The position numbers were made by a program, and so were the translations under genes. A stretch of 64,000 bases of DNA. Origin: Anaerolineales bacterium (GTDB lineage: Bacteria; Chloroflexota; Anaerolineae; Anaerolineales; UBA11858). Under the pieces are notes generated by a model. The model was not told where the DNA came from, ran no database searches, and saw only the letters and a program-made list of their open reading frames with translations. The stretch covers positions 1,638 through 65,637 of the forward strand of contig JANTFT010000006.1 of the NCBI GenBank assembly GCA_024763275.1, in the 5' to 3' direction. Positions 27,918 through 37,647 of the stretch are shown piece after piece (position 1 is the stretch's first letter; every line of letters begins with the position of its first letter).

Positions 27918-29495
27918 ATGAACCTGACAGATTTGATCCGCGAAGTTGATATCGTCAGCGCGCGGCCTCAGGACTCACCGGAAATAACTGGTATCAGCAT
28001 GGATTCCCGGGAAGTAGCCCCCGGAGATCTTTATGTGGCTGTACCGGGTGGACGGACGGACGGCCACGACTATATTGCACAGGCGCTGGCTGCCGGGGCG
28101 TGTGCAGTGCTGGGCTCCCGACCTGCCCGGGATTACAGTGGAATCGCTGTGCCTTATCTGCAGGTGGAGGACAGCAGAGCGGCACTGGCCCTGCTGGCGG
28201 CGGCCTGGTACGGCTTTCCTGCCCGCAAACTGGTGGTGATCGGGGTCACCGGCACAGATGGCAAAACCACCACCGTGAATCTGATCCATCAGATCCTGGC
28301 CGCCTCAGGTTTGAAGGCAGGGCTGATTTCCACAGTGAACGCGGTGATCGGCAACCGGGTAATGGATACCGGATTTCACGTCACCACCCCTGAAGCCATG
28401 GATATTCAGTACTACCTGGCGGAGATGGTCAAAGCCGGTATCACTCATGTGGTGCTGGAGGCTACCTCCCACGGGTTGGCCCAGAAGCGGGTGGCGACCT
28501 GTGAGTTCGACATCGGTGTTGTCACCAATATCACTCATGAACACCTGGATTATCACGGTGATTACCAGGGCTACCTGGAAGCCAAGGCTGAACTGTTCAG
28601 GCTGGTTGGTAAGTCGCGGCTTAAAGGGACCCCCGTTAAGAAGCTGGCAGTGCTCAATAGGGATGACCGGTCTTATCCTGGGTTGAAGAGGATTGTGGAA
28701 GGGGTGGGAATTGCTCTGGTCGATTATGGGATCGACCAGCCGGCAGACTACCGGGCGGTGGAGGTCCAAACTGGCTCAACAGGGATCCAGTTCGAGGTTG
28801 TTCACGGTGGGAAGGATTTCCCGCTGCACAGCGTTCTGCTGGGCGAATACAACGTTTCCAACTGCCTGGCCGCGGCAGCTGCCTGCCTGGAAGGCCTGGG
28901 ATTGGATATCGAGCAAGTTCAGCGGGGAATCTCCGGGCTCTCAGGTATCCCCGGCCGGATGGAGCTGGTCAACCTGAGCCAGGACTTCACAACTGTGGTG
29001 GATTTTGCCCATACTCCTAATGCGCTTGGGCGGGCGCTGGCTGCTGGGAGGGAGCTGGGAGAAGGGCGGCTGATCGCGGTGTTTGGATCAGCCGGGCTGC
29101 GCGACCGCGCGAAAAGGCGTATGATGGCTGAAGTAGCGGCTGAACTGGCGGATATTGTCATCCTGACTGCCGAGGACCCCCGTGTAGAATCTCTCAGCGA
29201 GATTCTTGAGGAAATGGCCCGGGGAGCAATCGGGAAGGGGGGAGTGGAAGGCCAGGATATCTTCCGCGTGGAGGACCGGGGTGAAGCCATCCGTAAAGCG
29301 GTTCAGCTGGCAGAGAAGGGGGACGTGGTCATGATCTGCGGTAAGGGGCATGAACAATCGATGTGCTTCGGGGAAATTGAATATCCCTGGGATGACCGCA
29401 CCGCTGCCCGGGCAGCCCTGGCAGAACTGCTGGGAGAGGAAGGGCCTGATATGCCCTACCTGCCAACCCAGGATAATGCACCCGGTAAGGCATAA
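27918..29495 (+). CDS. murE: UDP-N-acetylmuramoyl-L-alanyl-D-glutamate--diamino-acid ligase
   Basis: 525 aa. P-loop GVTGTDGKTTT, Mur ligase middle and C-terminal domains, LTAEDPR motif. Confidence 0.95.
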   Translation: MNLTDLIREVDIVSARPQDSPEITGISMDSREVAPGDLYVAVPGGRTDGHDYIAQALAAGACAVLGSRPARDYSGIAVPYLQVEDSRAALALLAAAWYGFPARKLVVIGVTGTDGKTTTVNLIHQILAASGLKAGLISTVNAVIGNRVMDTGFHVTTPEAMDIQYYLAEMVKAGITHVVLEATSHGLAQKRVATCEFDIGVVTNITHEHLDYHGDYQGYLEAKAELFRLVGKSRLKGTPVKKLAVLNRDDRSYPGLKRIVEGVGIALVDYGIDQPADYRAVEVQTGSTGIQFEVVHGGKDFPLHSVLLGEYNVSNCLAAAAACLEGLGLDIEQVQRGISGLSGIPGRMELVNLSQDFTTVVDFAHTPNALGRALAAGRELGEGRLIAVFGSAGLRDRAKRRMMAEVAAELADIVILTAEDPRVESLSEILEEMARGAIGKGGVEGQDIFRVEDRGEAIRKAVQLAEKGDVVMICGKGHEQSMCFGEIEYPWDDRTAARAALAELLGEEGPDMPYLPTQDNAPGKA

Positions 29496-29585
29496 TTATC
29501 TACAGAATTTCCATCTATTGACAAATTGCAGTTAGACAGGTATACTGGAACCGCTTTCTTCATTCAAGAAAGACGGGGAGGATCC

Positions 29586-29984
29586 ATGCCAGGGAGAAGG
29601 AGAAGGGAGGGGATTCCCTGCCGGCCGCGGTGGAAAAGGGGTTTGCGCCTGGTGCTGCGCCCCAGTTTGCTGCTGATGCTGGCTGAGCACGATTCCCATG
29701 GATACGAGCTGATGGAACAGCTGACCACGCTGGGATTTGACAACGAATGCCTGGACTCCAGCGTCATTTATCGGGATCTGCGCGACATGGAAGAAATGGG
29801 TTTTATCCGATCTTTCTGGGATGAGGAAGACAGCAAAGGGCCCAAACGCAGGGTCTATCAGATCAAGGAGCAGGGTTGGGAGCGTCTGGAGGATTGGCTG
29901 GAAGGATTGGACCAACTCCGGGAGCAGATCACCGACCTGTCCGCACGTTATCAGAAGTTAAAAGGAGTGAAGGGCAAATCATGA
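29586..29984 (+). CDS. PadR-family transcriptional regulator
   Basis: LLLMLAEHDSHGYELMEQL...SVIYRDLRDMEEMGFIRS...KRRVYQIKEQG winged-helix pattern. ATG 29586 sits behind GGGGAGG. Confidence 0.85.
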   Translation: MPGRRRREGIPCRPRWKRGLRLVLRPSLLLMLAEHDSHGYELMEQLTTLGFDNECLDSSVIYRDLRDMEEMGFIRSFWDEEDSKGPKRRVYQIKEQGWERLEDWLEGLDQLREQITDLSARYQKLKGVKGKS

Positions 29985-30382
29985 AAATCGCAATTTCAGC
30001 CAATTCTGTCAATCCAGAGAGCCAATTCAGTTCTCGTTTCGCGCGCTGTAGTTACTTTTTAATCACTGACCCAGCAGCTGAGGTTTGGGAAGAGCTTCCC
30101 AATACTGCTGCGGATGCTCCGGGTGGAGCAGGTGCCCAGGTGGTGCAGCTGCTGGCCGATCATGGGGTGGATGTCGTTATCAGTGGACGCTATGGTCCAA
30201 CAGCCTTCGAGGCTTTGCAGGCTGCTGGCATAGAAGCTTACCTGGCGAAATCTGGCACCCCCCGGGAACTGGTCTCGCAATTTCAGGAAGGACATCTGAC
30301 AGCGGCAAGCGGACCTACTGGAGAAGGCTTTCACGGTGGTGGTGGACGCCACGGTGGAAGGGGACACGGGCGGAGATGGTAA
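29981..30382 (+). CDS. NifB/NifX-family (dinitrogenase FeMo-cofactor-binding fold) small protein with a Gly/His/Arg-rich tail
   Basis: MKIAISANSV...SSRFARCSYFLITD...GAGAQVVQLLADHGVDVVISGRYGPTAFEALQAAGIEAY is typical of COG1433-type proteins. The ATGA start overlaps the padR stop. Confidence 0.75.
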   Translation: MKIAISANSVNPESQFSSRFARCSYFLITDPAAEVWEELPNTAADAPGGAGAQVVQLLADHGVDVVISGRYGPTAFEALQAAGIEAYLAKSGTPRELVSQFQEGHLTAASGPTGEGFHGGGGRHGGRGHGRRW

Positions 30383-31242
30383 TTGCCGTAGCGAGCGGGA
30401 AAGGGGGGACCGGGAAAACCACGGTCGCGGTTTCCCTGGCGCAGACCCTGGCTGAAAGGGGCATCGCCCCGGTCTTGCTGAGCGATTGTGACGTGGAAGC
30501 ACCCAACGCCCACCTCTACCTGAACCCGGCCTTCAGTGCCGAAGAGGTTGTGAACCATTTCATTCCCCGGGTGGACCTCGAACGCTGCACGGGCTGCGGA
30601 GTCTGCGCGGAGGTCTGTCAATTCAACGCTATCCTGGTCTTCAAGGGAGTCCCCAAGGTTTTTCCTTCTTTGTGTCACGGCTGCGGTAGCTGTACGCTGC
30701 AGTGTCCTGCCGAGGCCATTGAGGAGATTCCCTACCAGATAGGGTTGCTGGAAAGCGGAACCAACCCGGAAAAGCTGAATCTGCGCCAGGGCCTTCTGCA
30801 GGAAGGTGAGCCTCTGGCAGTTCCGATAATTAACGCCTTAAAGGACTGGACCGTGTTTGAGCAGCCCCCTGCTGTGGAAATAATAGATTCTCCTCCCGGA
30901 GCCTCCTGTCCTGTTGTGGCAGCGGTCCGGGACGCCGATTATTTGCTGCTGGTGACCGAGCCCACTCCCTTTGGCCTGCACGACCTCAAACAAGCAGTCC
31001 AGGTAGCCAGGGAATTAGGGATCAAAACCGGGGTGATCATCAACCGGGTTGGGATCGGGCAGGAGGATATCCGGGGCTACTGCCGGAAGGAGGGACTTCC
31101 GGTACATCTGGAAATTCCTCTTGACCGGAAGATTGGTGAGGGGCTGGCTCGCGGAAAAACCCTCCTGGAAATAGATCCCGGCTACCAGGATCAGTTTTAT
31201 GCCCTCTGGCAGAGCCTTCTGGGGGCAGGGGGGGAATCCTGA
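30376..31242 (+). CDS. MinD/ParA-superfamily P-loop ATPase with an inserted 2x[4Fe-4S] ferredoxin domain (COG1149-type), copy 1
   Basis: Deviant Walker A ASGKGGTGKTT. Two CxxCxxCxxxC motifs (CTGCGVCAEVC, CHGCGSCTLQC). SPPGASCPV motif. Confidence 0.85.
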   Translation: MVIAVASGKGGTGKTTVAVSLAQTLAERGIAPVLLSDCDVEAPNAHLYLNPAFSAEEVVNHFIPRVDLERCTGCGVCAEVCQFNAILVFKGVPKVFPSLCHGCGSCTLQCPAEAIEEIPYQIGLLESGTNPEKLNLRQGLLQEGEPLAVPIINALKDWTVFEQPPAVEIIDSPPGASCPVVAAVRDADYLLLVTEPTPFGLHDLKQAVQVARELGIKTGVIINRVGIGQEDIRGYCRKEGLPVHLEIPLDRKIGEGLARGKTLLEIDPGYQDQFYALWQSLLGAGGES

Positions 31243-31244
31243 TC

Positions 31245-32156
31245 ATGACCCAGCTGGTAATACTCAGTGGAAAGGGTGGGACGGGCAAAACCAGTTTGAG
31301 CGCAGCGGTGGCTCACCTGGCGGCTGCTGACCATCCCCAAAACCAGCACATCCTGGTAGACGCGGACGTGGATGCCTCCAACCTGGAGCTGTTGCTGGGA
31401 GCCAAACGAATTTCCAGCGAACCGTTCCAGAGCGGCGCGGTGGCGGAAGTGGAGCCAGATCTCTGCACCACCTGCGGGAGATGCCAGGAAGTCTGCCGCT
31501 TTAACGCTGTCCTTCCAGGAGAAGACTACTTCCAGATTGATCCGGTCGCCTGTGAGGGATGTGCTGCCTGCCTGTACGAGTGCCCGGAGCAGGCTATCTC
31601 CATGAAGCCACAGCAGGCCGGGGAGTGGTATATCTCCGAAACCGATTACGGCCGGCTGTTCCACGCTCACCTGTACCCTGCCAGGGAAAATTCCGGTAAA
31701 CTGGTTTCCCATATCAAGCGCCAGGCCCAGCAGGCGCTGGAGGAAGGACAGGGAGATTGGATGTTTGTGGACGGACCTCCCGGAATTGGCTGCCCGGTGA
31801 TTTCTGCAGTCTCGGGAGCAGATGCTGTCCTGGCGGTGACCGAGCCTTCCCTGGCTGGTATTCATGACCTCAAACGTGTGCTGGGGACCTCGGAATACTT
31901 TCAGGTTCCTGTTTTTGTCTGTGTCAACAAGGCGGACCTTTACCCGGAGGGAGCAGAGGAAATCAAATCCCTCTGCCAGGAGAGGGATCTGCCGTTCCTG
32001 GGAGAAATTCCTTATGACCTGGCAGTTCCCCAATCTCTGGCAGCTGGAATCCCGGTAACGGAATATCAGCCAGATGGAAAAGCCGCCAGAGCGATCAGGG
32101 AGATCTGGGTAAAAATCAATCAGTTAGCTGCAGGTGGGAATCTGGGAGCTAATTGA
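31245..32156 (+). CDS. MinD/ParA-superfamily P-loop ATPase with an inserted 2x[4Fe-4S] ferredoxin domain (COG1149-type), copy 2
   Basis: SGKGGTGKTS, CTTCGRCQEVC, CEGCAACLYECP, GPPGIGCPV. Confidence 0.85.
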   Translation: MTQLVILSGKGGTGKTSLSAAVAHLAAADHPQNQHILVDADVDASNLELLLGAKRISSEPFQSGAVAEVEPDLCTTCGRCQEVCRFNAVLPGEDYFQIDPVACEGCAACLYECPEQAISMKPQQAGEWYISETDYGRLFHAHLYPARENSGKLVSHIKRQAQQALEEGQGDWMFVDGPPGIGCPVISAVSGADAVLAVTEPSLAGIHDLKRVLGTSEYFQVPVFVCVNKADLYPEGAEEIKSLCQERDLPFLGEIPYDLAVPQSLAAGIPVTEYQPDGKAARAIREIWVKINQLAAGGNLGAN

Positions 32157-32199
32157 GTTACCTAGAATCAAGAATTATTTTATGGAAAGGAGAAACACC

Positions 32200-32610
32200 A
32201 TGCGTATCGCAGTATCTGTAGAAACCAACCAGGGGCTGGACAGCCTGGTCGCCCACCATTTCGGTCGCTGTCCTTTTTTTGCCCTGGTAGATGTCGAGGG
32301 CGATGAGATCCAGTCAGCCACCATCATTGAGAATCCTTTTTACGCTGCCCATCAACCTGGGCAGGTGCCCGGATTCATCCACCAGCAGCAGGCTAATGTG
32401 ATGCTCAGCGGAGGGATGGGGGGTAGAGCGATCCAGTTTTTCGACCAGTACGGCATTGAGGCAGCTACCGGCGCCAGCGGCACTGTAGGCGAGGCAGTTA
32501 CCTCCTATCTGGAGGGAAAAATAGCCGGGGCTTCTTCCTGCGCGGAAAGCGAGGCGCACGGACACGGCGACGAGCATCACCACGGCCATGGTCATGGTCA
32601 TGGATACTGA
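32200..32610 (+). CDS. NifB/NifX-family small protein with a His-rich C-terminal tail
   Basis: MRIAVSVETNQGLDSLVAHHFGRCPFFALVDV...MLSGGMGGRAIQFFDQYGIEA. The tail is ESEAHGHGDEHHHGHGHGHGY. ATG 32200 sits behind AGGAGA. Confidence 0.8.
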   Translation: MRIAVSVETNQGLDSLVAHHFGRCPFFALVDVEGDEIQSATIIENPFYAAHQPGQVPGFIHQQQANVMLSGGMGGRAIQFFDQYGIEAATGASGTVGEAVTSYLEGKIAGASSCAESEAHGHGDEHHHGHGHGHGY

Positions 32611-32624
32611 TTCCCTGCTGGGTT

Positions 32625-33248
32625 TTACCTCTCATTTCCCCCTTTTCTCTTCTCAGAAGGGTTAAAAACACAGGGGGAATAGGGGTCTGTTCCAAAAGAG
32701 CGTTTCTGTGTCAAGATCAGTTTTATGCCACATAAACTGCTGAGCAGCTCTTCATCGAACTGGCAGAGGAGAGGATGAGAGCTGGCCAGATCCAGATAAG
32801 GGCAGTGGCGCAGGATTATCCGGGGGCCTCCTGGACGGGCTTCCCAGCTGGCCCGGTAGTTGTGATCGACCAGGAATTCAACAGCGAGGTTGTAGCGCTT
32901 AACCCGATTTACAGTCTTGACCTGTTTATCCCCGGTGAAGCTTTCCGCGATCTGGCGGATTTCCTCCCGGGGTTTTTCTGATCGGGCGATTCGCTCCAGC
33001 ATGGTCTTGAGAAGGGGGTAGAGATTATTGCCCAGTGATTCTGAGGTCAGGTTGTAGAGGAGGATGGGCCGGCCGGCACCTCCCGGGGAACGGCTGTCGG
33101 AGACCTGGACCAGACCTTCCTGTTTGAGGATCTCCAGATGATAGCGGATGTTGGGGGCCGTCATTTCCAGGTAGCGGCTGATGTCCTCGGCTGAGGAGCG
33201 GGGATTATCCTCCAGGTACCTCAAGATCTTACTGCGGGTTGACTGCAT
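32625..33248 (-). CDS. ArsR-like winged-helix transcriptional regulator with a Cys-containing C-terminal domain
   Basis: RSKILRYLEDNPRSSAEDISRYLEMTAPNIRYHLEILKQEGLV HTH region. Divergent from nuoB. Confidence 0.7.
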   Translation of the reverse strand: MQSTRSKILRYLEDNPRSSAEDISRYLEMTAPNIRYHLEILKQEGLVQVSDSRSPGGAGRPILLYNLTSESLGNNLYPLLKTMLERIARSEKPREEIRQIAESFTGDKQVKTVNRVKRYNLAVEFLVDHNYRASWEARPGGPRIILRHCPYLDLASSHPLLCQFDEELLSSLCGIKLILTQKRSFGTDPYSPCVFNPSEKRKGGNER

Positions 33249-33305
33249 AAAAACAGTATATCATCCCTGAATAATTTAACAAAGAGAATTTATTTTAAAT
33301 AATGA

Positions 33306-33335
33306 TTGACAAGGGCTGGGAGAGGACAATATAAT
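33306..33335 (+). promoter_or_regulatory. sigma70-like promoter for nuoB-CD-I
   Basis: TTGACA (33306-33311), 18-nt spacer, TATAAT (33330-33335), about 45 nt upstream of nuoB. Confidence 0.5.
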
Positions 33336-33379
33336 AGGGAAGTTGCATCTATTGGACGGAGGATCGATTAAGAGGAGAG

Positions 33380-34009
33380 TTGTTCATGCCGGATGAAATT
33401 AATGTACCTGACTACAACATTCCGCCAGAACTGGAAGGGACGATTGCCATTACCACCCTGGACCGCATCTATAACTGGGGACGCCGCTACTCGGTATGGC
33501 CGATGTTTTTCGGGCTGGCCTGCTGCGCGATCGAGATGATCGCCACTGCTGGAGCGCGTTTTGATCTGGCCCGTTTCGGGATGGAGATTATGCGGCCCAG
33601 TCCCCGGCAGTGTGATTTGATGATTGTTTCCGGAACGGTCACTAAGAAGATGATTCCCCAGGTGGTGCGCCTGTACAACCAGATGCCTGAACCAAAATAT
33701 GTGCTTTCCATGGGGGCCTGCGCCTGTGGGGGAGGTCCTTTCAAGCGCGGTTATAACGTGATCTCAGGCGTGGATAAGTACATTCCTGTGGATGTTTATG
33801 TGCCCGGCTGCCCTCCCACCCCCCAGGCGCTGCTGTTCGGGTTGATGAAGATCCAGGAGAAGATTGACAAACAGTCCATCAAAGAGGTCAGCTGGTATCA
33901 GAAAGAAGAGGATCCCGGCATCCCCGTTCCCATCCTGGGACCGGATCTGATCGATCCGCGGGATTTCCCTGAGCTGATGGCGAGAATAAACAAGGAAGAT
34001 CAGGCATGA
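33380..34009 (+). CDS. nuoB: NADH-quinone oxidoreductase subunit B
   Basis: [17 protein letters not shown]-type and GCPP cysteines for cluster N2. Start is TTG 33380 or ATG 33386. Confidence 0.95.
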   Translation: MFMPDEINVPDYNIPPELEGTIAITTLDRIYNWGRRYSVWPMFFGLACCAIEMIATAGARFDLARFGMEIMRPSPRQCDLMIVSGTVTKKMIPQVVRLYNQMPEPKYVLSMGACACGGGPFKRGYNVISGVDKYIPVDVYVPGCPPTPQALLFGLMKIQEKIDKQSIKEVSWYQKEEDPGIPVPILGPDLIDPRDFPELMARINKEDQA

Positions 34010-35754
34010 ACGAAGAAACCAAAGTCCTCGAATCGTTTGAAACGGCTGTTCTGGAGCGCTTTCCGGATTGGGTGACCCCCGATGAGCGGGAAGGCTACCA
34101 GGGCTTGCTGGTGGATCCGGCCAACTTGATCGACCTGATGTCCAGCTTGCGGGATGAGCTTGGCTACGACCATCTCACCTCCCTGACAGGTGTGGATTAT
34201 CTGCCGGACGAGAAAATGGAAGTGGTCTACCATCTCGTTAAATCCACCGGCGGACCCATCCTGGAGATCAAGACCCAGCTGCCGCGTTCCAATCCCGTCG
34301 CTCCCTCACTGGTAGGCCTTTACCCCGGCGCGGCCTTCCAGGAAAGGGAAGCCTGGGACCTGCTGGGCATCAAATTTGATGGCCATCCCAACCTGAAGCG
34401 TATCCTGATGTGGGAAGGCTTTGCCGGACATCCCCTCCGCAAGGATTGGGTGGAAGCTTATCACGGTGAAGAGAAAAAGCCTTATGACGACCGCTGGCCG
34501 GAAGGAAAGGCCAGGAAGATCGAAGCGGACAATCCCTACCGGGAAAACGTTTCCTATCCGGAAGGTTTCAATCCAGAGACCTGGATACCGGATACGCAGG
34601 AGCTGCTTTTTGAAGGAAGCCAGCGTTTTCAGCTGGATGACGATCTGGAGACCGAGCAGCTGGTGGTCAACCTTGGCCCCCAGCACCCTTCCACTCACGG
34701 CGTGTTCCGAATGGTGGCAAAGCTGGAAGGCGAGACCGTGGTAGATCTTGAACCGGTCATGGGCTACCTCCACCGCAACCACGAGAAGATCGGCGAGAAG
34801 AACACCTTCGCCATGAATATGCCCTACACCGATCGATTGGATTATTTCTGCTCCATGAGCAACAACTTCGGCTATGCCCTGACCGTGGAAAAGCTGCTGG
34901 GTGAGAATTACCAGCCGCCTGAGCGGGCTCAATACATCCGGGTGATCATGGCAGAGCTCACCAGGGTGCTGAATCACTTCATGGCCATCGGCTTTTTCCT
35001 GAATGACCTGGGCGCCTACTTCACGCCCGCGCTTTACACCATTAAAGAGCGGGAGCTGATCCTGGATATCTTTGAAGCGGTTGCCGGATCGAGGATGATG
35101 TGCAATTACTACCGCTTTGGCGGCGTTGTGCGTGACCTGCCCGAGGGCATGGAAGAGCATATCCGGAAGCTGGTTTACGAGCGGCTTCCCCGCCAGATCG
35201 ACGAGCTGGACCGTTATCTGGTTGAGAATGAGATCGTGGTGGCCCGCGGCAGGGGTGTGGGAGTGCTCACCCCAGAGCAAGCTATCGGCCTGTCGGCTGC
35301 CGGCCCGGTGCTGCGTGCGTCCGGTGTGCCCTATGATATCCGCAGAGCAGACCCCTACAGCATATACGACCGCTTTGATTTCGATGTGGCGGTCCGCTAT
35401 CACGGCGATGTCTATGATCGCTTCCTGATCCGCTATGACGAGATCAGGCAGAGCATCCGCATCCTCCAGCAGGCCATTGACGGTATTCCCAAGGGAGAGG
35501 TGCTGGCTAATAAAAAAGCCTACAAGTACAAGATGCCCAAGGGAGAGGCTTACGGCCGGGTTGAAGGGCCCAAAGGAGAGCTGGGGTACTATGTTGTCTC
35601 CGACGGCACAGACAATCCCTGGCGCTACCATGTCCGGGCTCCCTCATTTATCAACCTGACCGGATTGAAGCAAATGTGCCTGGGTGAAAAAGTAGCTGAC
35701 CTGGTTGCCATCCTGGGTTCGATTGATATTGTATTGGGTGAAGTGGACCGTTAA
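34006..35754 (+). CDS. nuoCD: NADH-quinone oxidoreductase subunits C and D fused
   Basis: 582 aa. N-terminal 30-kDa (NuoC) part ([18 protein letters not shown]), linker, then the 49-kDa NuoD part ([14 protein letters not shown]...DIVLGEVDR). Confidence 0.95.
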   Translation: MNEETKVLESFETAVLERFPDWVTPDEREGYQGLLVDPANLIDLMSSLRDELGYDHLTSLTGVDYLPDEKMEVVYHLVKSTGGPILEIKTQLPRSNPVAPSLVGLYPGAAFQEREAWDLLGIKFDGHPNLKRILMWEGFAGHPLRKDWVEAYHGEEKKPYDDRWPEGKARKIEADNPYRENVSYPEGFNPETWIPDTQELLFEGSQRFQLDDDLETEQLVVNLGPQHPSTHGVFRMVAKLEGETVVDLEPVMGYLHRNHEKIGEKNTFAMNMPYTDRLDYFCSMSNNFGYALTVEKLLGENYQPPERAQYIRVIMAELTRVLNHFMAIGFFLNDLGAYFTPALYTIKERELILDIFEAVAGSRMMCNYYRFGGVVRDLPEGMEEHIRKLVYERLPRQIDELDRYLVENEIVVARGRGVGVLTPEQAIGLSAAGPVLRASGVPYDIRRADPYSIYDRFDFDVAVRYHGDVYDRFLIRYDEIRQSIRILQQAIDGIPKGEVLANKKAYKYKMPKGEAYGRVEGPKGELGYYVVSDGTDNPWRYHVRAPSFINLTGLKQMCLGEKVADLVAILGSIDIVLGEVDR

Positions 35755-35774
35755 TAATACCTTCGGAGAGAACT

Positions 35775-36383
35775 ATGAAAGGATTCGGGATTATCAAGGG
35801 ATTGGGTGTCACCCTCAAGCATATCTACGACACTTACGCAGAGGATATCAAAGCCGGCCGCAAGCGCTATTACACAAAAGAGGGTGTGCTTCAGCGGAGG
35901 ACCACGGATACCAAAGGTATATTCACAGTCAATTATCCGGAAGAGCGTCTGGCTGTACCGGAGAACTTCCGTTTTGTGCCCTTCCTGGTGTATGAGGACG
36001 AGGATGGAGAAAAAGTTCCCCGCTGCACTGCTTGCGGGATCTGCAGCAAAGTCTGCCCTTCCCAGTGCATCTGGATCACCCGCGCAGTGGATCAGGAAAC
36101 TGGAAAGCCGCTGAAAACTCCGGCCGAGTTTTACATCGATATCGATCTGTGTATGAACTGCGGCTACTGCGCGGAACACTGCCCCTTTGACGCCATCAAA
36201 ATGGACCATGATTACGAGCTGGCCAATTACGACCGGACGCAGAATAACATCCATGACAAGGAGAGGCTGTTAAAACCAGCTTCTTACTACGCAGAGATCA
36301 GGCCCGGCTACTATGCTATGGAGCAAAAAGCCAAGGCGGAAGAGGAAGCAAAACGGGCGGCTCGCCGCCGACCACGTGAATGA
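35775..36383 (+). CDS. nuoI: NADH-quinone oxidoreductase subunit I
   Basis: Two 4Fe-4S motifs (CTACGICSKVCP, CMNCGYCAEHCP). 202 aa with a Lys/Glu/Arg-rich tail. Confidence 0.9.
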   Translation: MKGFGIIKGLGVTLKHIYDTYAEDIKAGRKRYYTKEGVLQRRTTDTKGIFTVNYPEERLAVPENFRFVPFLVYEDEDGEKVPRCTACGICSKVCPSQCIWITRAVDQETGKPLKTPAEFYIDIDLCMNCGYCAEHCPFDAIKMDHDYELANYDRTQNNIHDKERLLKPASYYAEIRPGYYAMEQKAKAEEEAKRAARRRPRE

Positions 36384-36411
36384 GAGATGAGTTAGATTAT
36401 TGGTGTTTGAG

Positions 36412-36579
36412 ATGGTTGAGAGAGAACAGGAAATACAGGAACTGCGGGAGGAAATAGAGGAAATTAAGGCCTCCCTTCCCGCCCACTCAGTGAAAGCCGC
36501 CACCCTCCTGCATCTGGAGGATCTGGAGGAGCAGCTTGAGAATCTCCTGGCTGATCAAGAGGGGGATTCAGATGCCTAA
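36412..36579 (+). CDS. small acidic coiled-coil protein (hypothetical, 55 aa)
   Basis: Below the track size cut-off. ATG 36412 reads MVEREQEIQELREEIEEIKASLPAHSVKAATLLHLEDLEEQLENLLADQEGDSDA then TAA at 36577-36579. The stop overlaps the next ATG. Confidence 0.35.
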   Translation: MVEREQEIQELREEIEEIKASLPAHSVKAATLLHLEDLEEQLENLLADQEGDSDA

Positions 36580-36781
36580 GTCTACGATCCTTCTGGACTA
36601 TTCACGCTGTGACCCTTCACAGTGCGAAGATGGGATCTGTGCTGCTTCAAAGGTCTGCGAGCGCAAAGTGCTGAGGCAGGAGGCGCCGGGAGAAATGCCA
36701 GATGTATATCCAAATATGTGCTTAGGATGCACGGATTGCCTGAGTTCCTGCCCCACAGGAGCGATTAAAAAGATGCAATGA
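36572..36781 (+). CDS. small ferredoxin-like Cys-rich protein (69 aa)
   Basis: MPKSTILLDYSRCDPSQCEDGICAASKVC...CLGCTDCLSSCPTGAI contains one canonical CxxCxxCxxxCP motif plus a second Cys cluster. Confidence 0.55.
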   Translation: MPKSTILLDYSRCDPSQCEDGICAASKVCERKVLRQEAPGEMPDVYPNMCLGCTDCLSSCPTGAIKKMQ

Positions 36782-37188
36782 AGAAGGATGCGGGATCCTG
36801 AAAACCCCAATTGCTGTCCGGGCAATGATTAACAGGATTCCGCATCTTGCCGGAAGGAATGACTGGGTGACGGGGGGACTGGGGGTTTTACGATCCACTT
36901 CTCAGAATGCTTGATCATAGTAACAAAAATCAGGATATGATCGTATTCCCGGATTAAAGTGTCAGTCTGATGCTCAGACACATCGGCACATACCCTGCTG
37001 AAGGATAACCATACCTGCGTCTCAGCTGTTTCCATTCAATATGGTTAAGACTGTATATATAAGTAGCCGGGTAAACCCTTTTTTATCCTTATTCATCCTA
37101 TCTTAAAATCAACACTTTATAATACCCAACCATTTTCTCCCAGTCACCAAGTCTGCTGGTCAAATAGCCAGGATGTAAATCCTGATTC

Positions 37189-37413
37189 CTATGACTCATC
37201 CGGATCTGCTAAGCCCAGGACCTGGCGGGCTTTTTCCAGATCGTTTTCCATTACCAGCAGCTCAGCAAGCTGGTTGTCTCCCACAACAAAAGAAGGTGCC
37301 TTATAGTGGGGAATAACCACTGCCCTGATGCCGTTTTCTTCCAGAATAGCCTGGTCCCGGTTGGCGTCTACTGTGGCTTGAATGGATAATCTCACTGATC
37401 TCATGGGTATCAC
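37189..37413 (-). CDS. small hypothetical protein (74 aa)
   Basis: Isolated ORF in an otherwise non-coding AT-richer stretch. No confident motif. Confidence 0.35.
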   Translation of the reverse strand: MIPMRSVRLSIQATVDANRDQAILEENGIRAVVIPHYKAPSFVVGDNQLAELLVMENDLEKARQVLGLADPDES

Positions 37414-37647
37414 CGTGGCTTATTAACCTATTTTCCCATTCTACCTTATTTGACGCTGTAACCAGCGCTTATCTTCCGGCATGCTATAATGGCTGGGATG
37501 GGGGGGCATGATTTGAAACCGGTGCTAACAAAACTAACAGCCCGCGGAAGCTAAAAGGCTTTATAATTGGACATAAGAGAAAAAATCTCCTGAGAGAGAG
37601 GGGTTATGACCGCATTCCTTACAGTATTGTAAGGTATGCGCCATGAT

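Noticed and set aside
29150-29200. MurE specificity motif reads EDPR rather than the DNPR typical of meso-DAP-adding enzymes
   Set aside because: The Arg is retained and the motif variation alone is not diagnostic. I cannot infer the diamino acid (DAP, Lys or Orn) from this, so no claim is made.
31197-32033. 278-aa minus-strand ORF
   Set aside because: Antisense to the second MinD-ferredoxin ATPase gene, which has Walker A and CxxCxxCxxxC motifs.
34306-35631. 441-aa minus-strand ORF
   Set aside because: Antisense to nuoCD. A shadow ORF.
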